DNA from: Candidatus Methylomirabilota bacterium
GTDB taxonomy: Bacteria; Methylomirabilota; Methylomirabilia; Rokubacteriales; CSP1-6
Length of the DNA: 23,846 bases
Direction of reading: 5' to 3'
Assembly: GCA_046726415.1 (NCBI GenBank)
Contig: JBKPAK010000257.1
Span: forward strand, 1-23,846
The notes under the pieces were generated by a model, which saw only the letters and a program-made list of their open reading frames with translations, was not told where the DNA came from and did not search any database. Below, piece after piece: positions 9,304-18,627 of the stretch. Both the position numbers and the translations under genes were made by a program. Every line of letters begins with the position of its first letter. Position 1 is the first letter of the stretch.

Positions 9304-9852
9304 GGCCTCGGCCAGACATGCTTCGGGATTGATGACGCCGTAGCCCGAGCTGTTGGTCCAAGCGCAGCTTGTCCCGGGAAGCGGCCGGGCGGTCCGCTGG
9401 ATGATCCCCTCGATCTGGGCGGCGGTGAGCTCCGGCCGCGTGGCCAGCATCAGTCCCACGATCCCGGTCACGTAGGGGCTGGCCATGCTCGTGCCGGTCA
9501 TCGAAACCCACAAGTCGTCAGGGCCGGCAAACCCCTTGGCCGCCACGATATCCGTTCCCGGGACGGCGACGTCGGGCTTCGGGCGCCCGTCGCGCGTCGG
9601 CCCCTGGCTGCTCGACATGTTGATCCGCTCACGTGCATCGTCGAGGTTCGCCACGCAGATGATCCGCTGCCCGCAGCCAAGCGAGCCGACGGACGATTCG
9701 TCGACGTTAGACTTGAGCACCTTCGCGGAGGCGACGGCAACGCTTGGCGCCCTTTCCGCGCGCACGGCGTTGACCACCGTGCTGCAGTTCGCCACCATGC
9801 GGAGTTTGGGATGAAGCTTCCTCAGACCAGAGCCCAGAAGTGATTTGCGCAT
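9304..9852 (-). pseudogene. Internally deleted S8 (subtilisin-like) serine peptidase
   Basis: ATG with RBS GGAGG and ~48 N-terminal aa, joined at ~9710 to SSSQGPTRDGRPKPDVAVPG...TGTSMASPYVTG...GYGVIN. The catalytic Ser motif is present; the catalytic Asp and His regions are absent. Confidence 0.75.
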
Positions 9853-9997
9853 GAAGCGCCTCCCGACTCACCAATTACACATAGGGCTCTCAGGAAATGT
9901 CACGCTCGGCAGTACGACTCCAGTAACATCTTCCGGCGAAGATTCGAAAGTCAACCTCGATGGTGACAACCGCTCGTGTTCTGGCGAGCCCGCCGGC

Positions 9998-10876
9998 CTA
10001 TTTGACCGTGTATCCGGCGCCCGCGGCGTGAAGCCCGGCGTAGCGTCCCGGCGTGACGCCGTAGGCCGACCTGAACATGCGCGTGAGGTGTGCCTGGTCG
10101 GCAAAACCCGCGGTCAGCGCCAGTTCAGCCAACGGCCTCCCGCCGCGCAGCTCGGTCCGCGCGAAATCAAGCCGCCGCATGAGCGAATAGCGGTAAGGGC
10201 TCGTCCCGTAGCATGCTCTGAACTGGCGGGCGAGCTCGTAGCGGCTCAGTCCACTGACTGCCTCGAGCTCGGTCGAGCGCACGATGGCGCGGCGGCTATC
10301 CAGGAAAGCGCGGGCTCGCGCGAGCGCCGCGTGGTCGAGACGGGGGGAAGGGGCAGCGGATTGGCCGCTCGCATCCCCTTCGACCAGGCCCTCAGCCAAT
10401 CGCAGAATCAGAGCGTCGAGCGCCAAGGGCTCCAGCGCTGACCGAAATGCACCGGTGACGGCCCGCGCCAGTGTAGGGTTGTGCGCAACGGGCTGGCGGA
10501 CGAACGGTAGTGGCGTCGGGCGCCCCCGGATCGTGCGTACGGCGCTGACGATCCGCGCCGGGTCGACATAGACGATCCGATAGCCGAACCCGCCCTCCGC
10601 ACCGGCACGGCCGTCGTGCATTTCGTCGGGGTGGAGCACGACGACGTGGCCCGGCGTGCTGAGTTCGGCCCTGCCACGATAGTCGAACATCTGGACACCG
10701 GCCTCGGTCACGCCGATGCCGTAGGTGTCGTGGCGATGCGCGGCGTAGGCCCGTCCGCTAAACCAGGCCCGTAGTAGCTCGACGCCTCCGATGGGCCCGC
10801 GACCCCACACCCAGTCGCCCCGCCCGCACGAATGTACAAGACCCCCGCCACCCGATTTGCCTAGCATCGGTGCCAT
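9998..10876 (-). CDS. AraC-family transcriptional regulator (cupin plus double HTH)
   Basis: Cupin motifs HRHDTY and LHPDEMHDG; C-terminal LAELALTAGFADQAHLTRMFRSAYGVTPGRY. Exact start uncertain. Confidence 0.9.
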   Translation of the reverse strand: MAPMLGKSGGGGLVHSCGRGDWVWGRGPIGGVELLRAWFSGRAYAAHRHDTYGIGVTEAGVQMFDYRGRAELSTPGHVVVLHPDEMHDGRAGAEGGFGYRIVYVDPARIVSAVRTIRGRPTPLPFVRQPVAHNPTLARAVTGAFRSALEPLALDALILRLAEGLVEGDASGQSAAPSPRLDHAALARARAFLDSRRAIVRSTELEAVSGLSRYELARQFRACYGTSPYRYSLMRRLDFARTELRGGRPLAELALTAGFADQAHLTRMFRSAYGVTPGRYAGLHAAGAGYTVK

Positions 10877-10912
10877 GCGGCGAGTCTATCCCAGACGCGG
10901 CGGCTGGTCGGC

Positions 10913-11512
10913 ATGACGCAGGAGCAGGCCCTGGCCTTTTTCGTCTTTTCTGCTGCGGCGGCGGGCACACCAGGCCCCAGCAACGCTCTGCTGACGGCCA
11001 CCGGCGCGAACGTGGGCGTGCTGCGCGGTCTTCCCTGCCTGTTCGGGGTCGCCGTCGGCATGGGATTGATGATGTTCGTTGTCGCCTTCGGTCTCGGGAC
11101 GGTGATCCTCGGCAATCCCGTCGTCCTGGAAGTCGTCAAATGGTGCGGGGCCGCGGTGCTGGGGTGGCTCGCCTGGAAAATCGCGACCGCCCGCCGCGCC
11201 GGCGCCACCGTGGGCGGCACGCCCGTCGGATTCGGCGGCGCCGCGGCCTTTCAATGGATCAACCCGAAGTCATGGCTCGTCTGTGCCAGCGCCACCGCGA
11301 CCTTCCTCGACGCGGGGGCGGGTAGCGCCTTGGGCCAGTCCGCCGCTTTCGGGCTCGTATTCGTACTTGCGTCCCTTCCCTGCTGTTTCCCGTGGCTCGC
11401 CTTCGGCGCCGTCTTGCAGCGCTTCCTGCGCTCCGACCGGGCCTTGCGCATTTTCAATGGCGTCATGGGGGCACTCCTCGCCGCCTCCGTGATCCTGTTC
11501 ATAGGACGATAG
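10913..11512 (+). CDS. LysE/RhtB-family exporter
   Basis: Motifs TPGPSN and FQWINPKSW; about six hydrophobic segments; divergent from the AraC gene. Confidence 0.9.
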   Translation: MTQEQALAFFVFSAAAAGTPGPSNALLTATGANVGVLRGLPCLFGVAVGMGLMMFVVAFGLGTVILGNPVVLEVVKWCGAAVLGWLAWKIATARRAGATVGGTPVGFGGAAAFQWINPKSWLVCASATATFLDAGAGSALGQSAAFGLVFVLASLPCCFPWLAFGAVLQRFLRSDRALRIFNGVMGALLAASVILFIGR

Positions 11513-11789
11513 CTCGCGCGAGCGCGATCCGATTGAGACGCTCGCTCACCGCACGGTGGAACACGCCGTCGAGCAGGATCGCTTGATCAGGGAGTAAGCG
11601 TCGTGGTCGAGCCCGACATCGTTTCAGATCGTGCTATGGTGCCTCGACGCGTCCAGCTCGGCGCCGGAGCGGAGCACAGCGAACCGACGATTGGTGTCGG
11701 GCCGAGAGGAGCCCCCGATGGCCTCACGGAGCAGCCCCCGGCTTCTTCGACAGCTCCAACACCATCCATCCACTCCCCAGGAGAGTTCT

Positions 11790-12452
11790 ATGGCACTCCA
11801 GGAAAAGCTCGACGCGATGCGGGAAATGTCCAAGGCGCGGATTCCCCCTGAAGCCCGCGCGATCATGGAGCGCAGCATCGCCGACCTCCGGGCCTCCGGG
11901 ATCATGAAGCGGATCGCCCGGGTCGGGCAAACCGCTCCGCCCTTCACGCTGCCCGACGCCGATGGGCGGTCGGTGAGCCTGGCGGAGCTGACGGCCCACG
12001 GCCCGGTCGTGCTGTCATTCTACCGCGGCCGCTGGTGACCGTACTGCAACGCAGAGCTGGAGGCTCTGCAGCAGGCCCTGCCCGAGATCACCGGCACCGG
12101 CGCCACGCTCGCCGTCATCTCGCCCCAGGTAGCGCGCACGCCGCGCGAGACGGAGGAGCCCAAGCCGCTGTCCTTCGAGCTCCTGCGCGACTTCGGCAAC
12201 AAGGTCGCCGAGGCGTATGGCCTGGTCTTCACCTTGCCCGACGATCTGCGCGAGATCTACCTCAGGTTCGGCATCGACCTGTCCCGGGGCAACGGCGATG
12301 GCACCTGGCGGCTTCCCGTCCCCGCCCGATTCGTGATCGATGGCCAGGGCACCATCCGCGATGTCGATGCCGACCCCGACTATACCCGGCGCTCGGAGCC
12401 GGCCCGGACGGTGGAGATCCTCCGCGGCCTGCCGGGAAAGGAGCGACCATGA
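11790..12452 (+). CDS. Peroxiredoxin-like (AhpC/TSA-redoxin) putative selenoprotein, UxxC motif, Sec at codon 83 (TGA 12036-12038), 220 aa
   Basis: MALQEKLDAM...GQTAPPFTLPDADG...GPVVLSFYRGRW-TGA-PYCNAELEALQ...AVISPQ...LPVPARFVIDGQGTIR...DPDYTRRSEP. The frame continues uninterrupted past the TGA, which sits where the family motif FYRGxWCPYC has its first Cys. A hairpin follows. RBS CAGGAG. Confidence 0.9.
12039..12069 (+). promoter_or_regulatory. Putative bacterial SECIS element 1
   Basis: Perfect 7-bp stem GCAGAGC (12051-12057) / GCTCTGC (12063-12069) with loop TGGAG. There are 19 nt between the UGA and the loop, and G is the second loop base, consistent with the bacterial SECIS model. Confidence 0.7.
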
Positions 12453-12973
12453 CCACCGAGCCCGAAGGGCTGAACCCCGACATCCAGACCCGCGAGATCG
12501 TGTTCGACGCGGACGTCAACCTGGTCACGCCGTTTCTGAAGCTCGCGACGGTCAGCCGGGGCGGCGCCGGCCACATGACCTTCGCCTGCGACGAGGGACC
12601 CACCCTCGGCGGGCTGGGCTCGGCGCCCACGCCTCTCATGTACTTTAGTGCCGCCCTCGCGTTCTGACTCATGACCCAAGTGTCCCGATACGGGCACATG
12701 CTGAAGGTCACGGTAAGCGGAATGCGGATGCGGGTGACGGCGCGTTACCGGGTCGACGGCTCGGTGCTGAACGACACCATCCAGGGCCAGATGCTGGGCG
12801 CTGAGACCACCTTGGAGATCGATTCGCCGGATCCCCCGGAGCGCGTGGCCCGGGTCGTGCGCAACGCCGAGCGCGGCTGCTTCGTCATGCAGGCGCTCCA
12901 GAAACCGGTGCCGGTCACCGGCCGCACCCTGCTGAACGGCGCGCCCCTGGAGGGAGCCACCGCTGTGCCCTGA
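12449..12973 (+). CDS. OsmC/Ohr-family putative selenoprotein, Sec at codon 73 (TGA 12665-12667), 174 aa
   Basis: MTTEPEG...FACDEGPTLGGLGSAPTPLMYFSAALAF-TGA-LMTQVSRYG...ARVVRNAERGCFVMQALQKPVPV. The TGA is at the first conserved OsmC Cys (family pattern P.P....AL..C) and the second Cys (AE..C.V) is intact. ATGA overlap with the upstream stop; RBS AAGGAG. Confidence 0.88.
12668..12700 (+). promoter_or_regulatory. Putative bacterial SECIS element 2
   Basis: GTG-T(bulge)-CCC-GATAC-GGG-CAC (12680-12697), extendable by CAT/ATG pairing. There are 19 nt between the UGA and the G-starting loop, the same spacing as SECIS 1. Confidence 0.6.
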
Positions 12974-13045
12974 GGAAACTGCCCGAAGGTTCTTGACGGC
13001 CTCATGACTGGAACTCCGCGCTGCCGGCCCGCTCCAACGGGTCTT

Positions 13046-13189
13046 TCAGCGAAGCCAGCCGAGACCCAGCAGCCCCGCGAGAATGAGGTAGATGCCAACG
13101 AGGTAGTTCAAGAATCGCGGTAGCACCAGGATCAGAATGCCGAACAGGATTGAGAGGGCCGGGCTCAAGTGGGCAACGCCGATAACCAT
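13046..13189 (-). CDS. Small membrane protein, DUF3096-like (47 aa)
   Basis: Below the ORF-track cutoff: MVIGVAHLSPALSILFGILILVLPRFLNYLVGIYLILAGLLGLGWLR*. RBS AAGGAG. Matches the G.LIL..PR.LNY.V.IYLI..G pattern. Confidence 0.8.
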   Translation of the reverse strand: MVIGVAHLSPALSILFGILILVLPRFLNYLVGIYLILAGLLGLGWLR

Positions 13190-13885
13190 GTCGTCTCCTT
13201 CTCACAGCGGCCGGATTCCGTTACCGCAGGCGCGGGCGGGCATCCTTGCGATGGTAGCGAAGAGGCGCCCCAGCTGCACCTTCCAGCGTCGGCACGCATC
13301 GACCAGCCGCGGAAGCGCTCGGCCGCGGCCTCTCGGTTTGGGCTCCGCTCCCGCCGCCAGCACCACGGCGGTCATCGGCTATTGGTACGCCGAGCTACGC
13401 CTGCGCACTCTACTCGATTCGGAGAACAACGCTCCACGTGCACTTGAAAAGCGGAGACCGCGTGTAGCGTGAAGGTGTCCGGCCAAGATGCAGCAAGGCT
13501 GGGTCGGAGGTTCTCAGCGGACGTAACGCACGGATCCGGCGTTCACACCGGTCAGGCACCCGACGGCGGTCATCCTCGGGTGGCGACTCAGTTTGCCACT
13601 ACTGGCGCCGGGCTCCATCCCTCAAAATCACTGTTGAGCACGTTGCGTACTGTGCCCAATGGCCATATCGGCGGCGACGTCGCTGACATCGACGAGGGCG
13701 CGGGTCGTCGATGGTGTTCTCCAGCGTGACCGCGACCGCCGAGCACCTTAGAACCCCCTGCTCTCGCTAAGCTCGCCGTACGACACCGGGATCGTCAAGC
13801 ACCGCAGCCGCGGAGTCTCGTGCCGTAGGCATACGCGGTGGCTTGGCGCCGAGAGAGCCTGAGGCAACACTGCTGCCTCTATTGG

Positions 13886-14998
13886 TTACGCGCCGAAGAT
13901 CACTCGCGTCCCGGTGGACGGCATGACGAGCTTTCTCGGCATGGCGTGGTACACGGCGATGATCGTGTTCAGACCAGTGCAGTGGGCCGGGATGATGTAG
14001 TCCGGATCGATGTCTCTGAAGGCGGCGACGGTCTTCGCGACAATCTCGTCGGGCGCCGGAGCGAGGTGGAAGCCGCCAACGACGGCGTGGACTTTCCCGA
14101 CGCCGCTCGCCTTCTGCGCCTGCCGCACGGAGTTGATGACACCGGCGTGACCGCAGGAGGTGATGATCACCAGCCCGCGGTCCTTCACGTGGTAGCAGGT
14201 GGCATGCTCGCCCTGGAAGCTGTCGGCCACCAGGTCACCCGGCTTCGTCTCGACCTTTGTAATACCGAAATGCGTCGCCGAGCAGGCGGAGTGCATCGGC
14301 CCCGCGACAAGCCGCGCCGCCGCGGGCGGCTTCTCGAAGTCGGTGAGCCGGGGGATCTGGCCCGTGGTGAATGCGTGGCCGGCGACGACCGTGGGTTGCT
14401 TGGCGAGCACGATCTTGAGGCCCCGCGCCTCGAGCCCGCTGAGGTCGAGCTGTCCCAAGTCCGTGGTCATGCCGGTCGGCGTCATGACCACGCGATGGCA
14501 AAAAGTGTCCTCGCCGCCGGCGTACAGGGTAAGACCGGACTTGGTCTTACGCTGGGTGACCCGAGTGTAGCCGGGGAGCCCGCCGTAATGATCGCCGTGG
14601 CCGTGGCTCAGGACCAGCGCATCCGCCCCTGTCGGATCGAGCTTGAGGACGGCGAAATTGTGGAAGAGGTGCCTCTCGGTAAGGCTGAAGTCCAGCAGGA
14701 TCTCGCGGCGCTCGGCGCCCCGAACCGACTCAAGGTGATAGGCGAGCCCGAACTCGGCCAGGGGCGTCTCCACGCCGAAGGAGAACGGCGCCCGCTCTAC
14801 GGTGACGGTGTCGAGTTTCCCCCCCTTGGCGAAAATATCGTAAATGTTGTCCACGACGTTGGTCATGACCAGGCGGTCCACGGCCGGGACCGCGACGGTT
14901 TGAGCGATCGCGGTGCCCCGGACGCCCCGCCCAACGCCACCCAGCGCGAACGCTCCACTGGCAACTGCCCCCAGCCGGAGGAACTGTCTGCGGTCCAT
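13886..14998 (-). CDS. Tat-exported metallo-beta-lactamase-fold hydrolase
   Basis: Twin-arginine leader MDRRQFL; motifs LSHGHGDHYGG (HxHxDH), TSCGHAG, GGFHL, PAHCTG. RBS AGGAGG. Confidence 0.9.
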   Translation of the reverse strand: MDRRQFLRLGAVASGAFALGGVGRGVRGTAIAQTVAVPAVDRLVMTNVVDNIYDIFAKGGKLDTVTVERAPFSFGVETPLAEFGLAYHLESVRGAERREILLDFSLTERHLFHNFAVLKLDPTGADALVLSHGHGDHYGGLPGYTRVTQRKTKSGLTLYAGGEDTFCHRVVMTPTGMTTDLGQLDLSGLEARGLKIVLAKQPTVVAGHAFTTGQIPRLTDFEKPPAAARLVAGPMHSACSATHFGITKVETKPGDLVADSFQGEHATCYHVKDRGLVIITSCGHAGVINSVRQAQKASGVGKVHAVVGGFHLAPAPDEIVAKTVAAFRDIDPDYIIPAHCTGLNTIIAVYHAMPRKLVMPSTGTRVIFGA

Positions 14999-15116
14999 GC
15001 GACACCTCCTTACGGGGCTCGCCTTCCTGGCCCTGCCATCCGGCCGGGAAACAAGCGGCCGCGTTCTCGTTCACACCGTTCAGGCGCTGCCGTGACGTGC
15101 TCCCCAGGGTTAGGGT

Positions 15117-16400
15117 CTATTCGACAATCGCCTGCCGGACCATTTGCCGGAACAGCGTGCTGGTATAGCCTCGCGCGGGGCCAGGTGCGCCCTGCGTCAT
15201 CAACACGCTGATCATCTCGTCCTTCGGATCCACCCAGAAGGCCGTTCCCGCCGCGCCGCCCCAGCGGTACTCGCCCACTGGGCCGGACACCCCGGCGATG
15301 CCCGCTTCCTTGCGCACCGCGAACCCGAGGCCGAAGCCGTAACCGGTTCCCACGCCACCGAGGGGCACGATCTTCATGGTGCCGAGATGGTCCGAGGTCA
15401 TGAAGGCGACGGTGGTTGGACTGAGCAGGCGCGTGCCGTCGAGCCGGCCGCCGTTGAGGAGCATCTGCGCGAAGCGCGCGTAGTCGCCCGTGGTCGAGGC
15501 GCTGCCGGCGCCGCCGGCGCCGCCGGCATCGTTCTTGGGCGGCACGGTGACGTCGACGAGCTTGATCGGCTGACCCGTGCTTGGCTCCATGGCCAGCGGC
15601 TGGGCGAGACGGCCGACCTTGTCACTCGGCACGACAAACGCGGTGTCCGACATCTTCAGTGGTCCGAAGAGTCGCTCGTCGAGGAACCGGCCGAGCGGCT
15701 TTCCCGAAACTTTTTCGACCACTCGGCCGAGCAGGTCGGTGGAGAGGCTGTACTCCCATGTCGTTCCCGGGTGGTGGGCGAGCGGGATTTTGGCAAACCG
15801 CTCGATCTGCTCGTCGGGAATCACATCAGTCCACGTCACGCCGGCCTTCTCGTACAACTCCTTCATCCGCGCGTTCGGCGTGAACGATCCGTAGACCAGT
15901 CCGGCTGTGTGCCGGAGTAGATCCTGGATCGTCATCTCACGCTCGGCCGGCACCACCACGTAGCTGACCTTGCCGGTGGCCGGATCGAGCTGCTGCGTGT
16001 TCACCTCGCGCTTCGCAAGCTGCGGGAGAAACTTCGAAACCGGGTCGGTGATCAGGACCTTGCCGTCTTCCATGAGCATCATCGCCGCGACGGACGTGAA
16101 GGGCTTGGTCATGGAGTAGATGCGGAAGATGGCGTCCTTGGGCATTGGATCGCCGCTCGCCTTGTCGCGGACGCCGAAGCTTTCGTAGTAGACGACGCGT
16201 CCTTTGCGCGCCACCAGCGCCACCGCGCCGGGGATCTTGCCCGCCTCGATCTCACCGCGCAGCGCTCGACTCACGCGCTCGAGCCGCTCTGACGAAAGCC
16301 CGACCTCTTCGGGCTGGACGGTCGGAAGGCTCTGGGCCCAAGCGATCCCGGTAGGGAGCACGACACTGAGGAGCGTGAGGAGGACCACCAGTCGCTTCAT
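15117..16400 (-). CDS. Secreted serine hydrolase, beta-lactamase class C/esterase family VIII fold
   Basis: Sec signal MKRLVVLL...AWA; motifs FRIYSMTK (SxxK), LLRHTAG, WEYS, WGGAAGTAFWVDP. Start 16400 follows GGAGG. Confidence 0.9.
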   Translation of the reverse strand: MKRLVVLLTLLSVVLPTGIAWAQSLPTVQPEEVGLSSERLERVSRALRGEIEAGKIPGAVALVARKGRVVYYESFGVRDKASGDPMPKDAIFRIYSMTKPFTSVAAMMLMEDGKVLITDPVSKFLPQLAKREVNTQQLDPATGKVSYVVVPAEREMTIQDLLRHTAGLVYGSFTPNARMKELYEKAGVTWTDVIPDEQIERFAKIPLAHHPGTTWEYSLSTDLLGRVVEKVSGKPLGRFLDERLFGPLKMSDTAFVVPSDKVGRLAQPLAMEPSTGQPIKLVDVTVPPKNDAGGAGGAGSASTTGDYARFAQMLLNGGRLDGTRLLSPTTVAFMTSDHLGTMKIVPLGGVGTGYGFGLGFAVRKEAGIAGVSGPVGEYRWGGAAGTAFWVDPKDEMISVLMTQGAPGPARGYTSTLFRQMVRQAIVE

Positions 16401-16510
16401 CGCGTACCTCCCGCAAACGGTGGAGAGCAATTGGGCAGACACTAATTGGGGGACACTATGTCCTCCGCCGAGGCGTTGTCAAGCGACGGCGGTCACCGGT
16501 GCTGGTGATA

Positions 16511-16674
16511 CGTAGAAATGTCATGGGGTAGCTGGTCAGTGAAAATGTCATCCCCTCATGGAGACCACGATCACCATGAGCGGGAAGGAAGCGCCACGAC
16601 CCGGGATTCTGCGATCGCTGAATGCGGGGCTCATCACCAATCGGCAGGCACCCGAGGCCCTCGCCCGGCGATAA
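16511..16674 (+). mobile_element. Left-end remnant of an ISNCY/IS1202-like (IS481-related) insertion sequence with a truncated transposase N-terminus
   Basis: Tandem AAATGTCAT boxes (16516-16524, 16543-16551), followed by ATG 16558 encoding METTITMSGKEAPRPGILRSLNAGLITNRQAPEALARR*. This resembles the ITMS.KE..R......G..T..QAA..L start of these transposases. Confidence 0.55.
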
Positions 16675-16758
16675 CCGCCCCTCCCCGCCGCGCAGGAGGC
16701 GGATCGGCCCTTCGGGGACCACGTCTGCCCTCAGCGCCAGATCCTCGCCCGCCCCGAA

Positions 16759-18261
16759 TCACTCGGCCAGGGTGGACTCCGTCAGCCACAGCTCGTCGGT
16801 CATCACCGTCGCGGCCGCGCCCATCGACGAGAACCCGATGCCGGCGCGCAGGCTGAGCGGCTCATCACGGTCGAATCCCAATTCAGCCGCGCCTGCTCCT
16901 TCATGCGTCCCGCCTCGTCGAGAAAGAGGATGGCGGTCGTCTCCCGCGTGGCCACCCGGAGCAACTCCAGTCGCCACTTGCGCCATTCCCCTACCCCGAT
17001 GACCGCGGGCCCATTTTGGGACGGGAGCCCACCGTCCGGGCTCTTCGCGACGAGCCCGGCCCGGAGCGTGCCTCCGTCGTTGTGGATGCGCGCGGCCACA
17101 CTGAGACCGTTGCCCGCGAGGAGGAAATACAGGAGATATAGCGCCTGACCCGGTGGAGTTGGTGACAACGCCAGCGCGATCGGATTTGAACCACCCCTCC
17201 GCTCGCCACTCGAAGCGGCCAGCGGGCAAGGCGTACTCGATTCCCGCCCGCTGAGTGCTCGCCTCCGTCGTCGACTGATCCACGCACCGCATGCCGTGCG
17301 CACCGCTATGGGCGGCGGAGGCGGCGATCGACACCTCCGTTCCGCTTCCCCCGGCGCTGGCCACGGTGACCCATCCCGCGGGGGGCAGCTGGCCGTCCTC
17401 GAAGTCGACGAATTCGTCGACGGCGGCTTGCTCGGGAACGTCGATGATCCCGCTCGTCGCCACGTTGCCGCCCGCGTCAATCACGCGGGCCACCAGCGCG
17501 TCGCAGGTGCGAGGAATCCTGCGAACGAGGGTGCCGTAGGCGAGATCCGTGCGCTGGTGCTTGATCATGTCGGACTTCTGGTACCCCTCCACGCCGATGT
17601 CATTGACATAGACGTGGCTGTCTCCCCTGCCCTCGAAGATCGTGCTCTTGTCGTCGAAATCCACCACCCGCGTGGTGAGCAGCCGGGTGCCGCGTCGGAG
17701 ATCCACCTCGACCCGCTTGAGATCCCCTTCCAGCTTGCTGCGGGCGCCGAACAGGAGGCGCGCGGCCATGAACGCATCGAGCCGATTGAAGCGATCGGCC
17801 ACGGGCGGGGACCAGTTCGCCGTGTCGGTGTAGGGCAGATAGCCGAGGGGATGCACGCTGCCGATCTGTCGGGGCGTCCCCTTCCGGAGTTCCATGTGCA
17901 GGTGAAAATAGGTCGCGTCGTCCTTCCCGACCGTGCCGATGACTTGCCCTTGCGCGATGCTGGCGCCCCGGGAAACGGCGGGGTGGATGCTGTCCAGGTG
18001 TACGTAGACGTGGTACATGACCCCGGCGGTGGGATCGTTGACCTTGATGACGACATGCCGCGACGAGAAGCCTCCACTCCCGCCGGGGCCGGCGTGATGG
18101 ACCTGTCCTCCGCGCATGGCATGGATCGCCGTTCCGATCGGCGCGGGCAAGTCGAGGCCGTCGTGGAAGTCCTACTGATCCTCATTGATGCGAGGCCCGA
18201 ACGAGGTATTCATTTCGTCGGGTGTCATGCTGTTGCCCAAGGGCCACACATAGTTCGCCAC
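16759..18261 (-). pseudogene. M23 metallopeptidase with a large C-terminal extension, disrupted
   Basis: GTG 18261 (RBS GGAGG) gives MANYVWPL...NTSFGPRINEDQ*(TAG 18174-18172)DFHDGLDLPAPIGT...HLHMEL, with HxxxD and HxH zinc motifs. Two apparent compensating frameshifts at ~17186 and ~16867. Confidence 0.72.
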
Positions 18262-18627
18262 AGTCCCCTCCCTTGTTCTACCGGCCTAGGATACGGTCAC
18301 CGGGGATCCAAGGCTACAAAGAGTGACACGCGCCAGGCCTGTCCGGTTGGCGCAGTACCGGAGGATCTGCCCGCCGCCGACATCTAACTCGTATTGGATG
18401 TGCAGCTTCGATCTGGGGGTCCAGCAGGACATCGGCAGCCGCGGCCAAACATTCCCGCAAGAATGCGCAAGCCAAGCCCATCAGCGCTCCCAAGGGCGGT
18501 GGCGTTCGGGTTCGCGCGACGATCCCACACATCGATCGGTCTCGGGTGGCTGCAACGCGTCCCCCCGCCACCGCGTCCCAAGGAGGAGGAGAACGCTCGC
18601 AGACACGAGAGACGAAAGGAGTTCGCG

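Noticed and set aside
11790-12973. Reading the redoxin and OsmC genes as nonsense pseudogenes, or as a UGA=Trp/Gly genetic code
   Set aside because: Both TGAs occupy catalytic Cys columns with downstream hairpins and no other lesions. TGA is used as a normal stop elsewhere (e.g. 8881-8883, 12450-12452, 12971-12973), and Trp is encoded by TGG.
18172-18174. In-frame TAG in the M23 gene (and TAG 9119-9121 in the MBL relic) as pyrrolysine or stop-codon reassignment
   Set aside because: Both genes also carry frameshifts, TAG terminates several intact genes here, and no pyl genes are visible.
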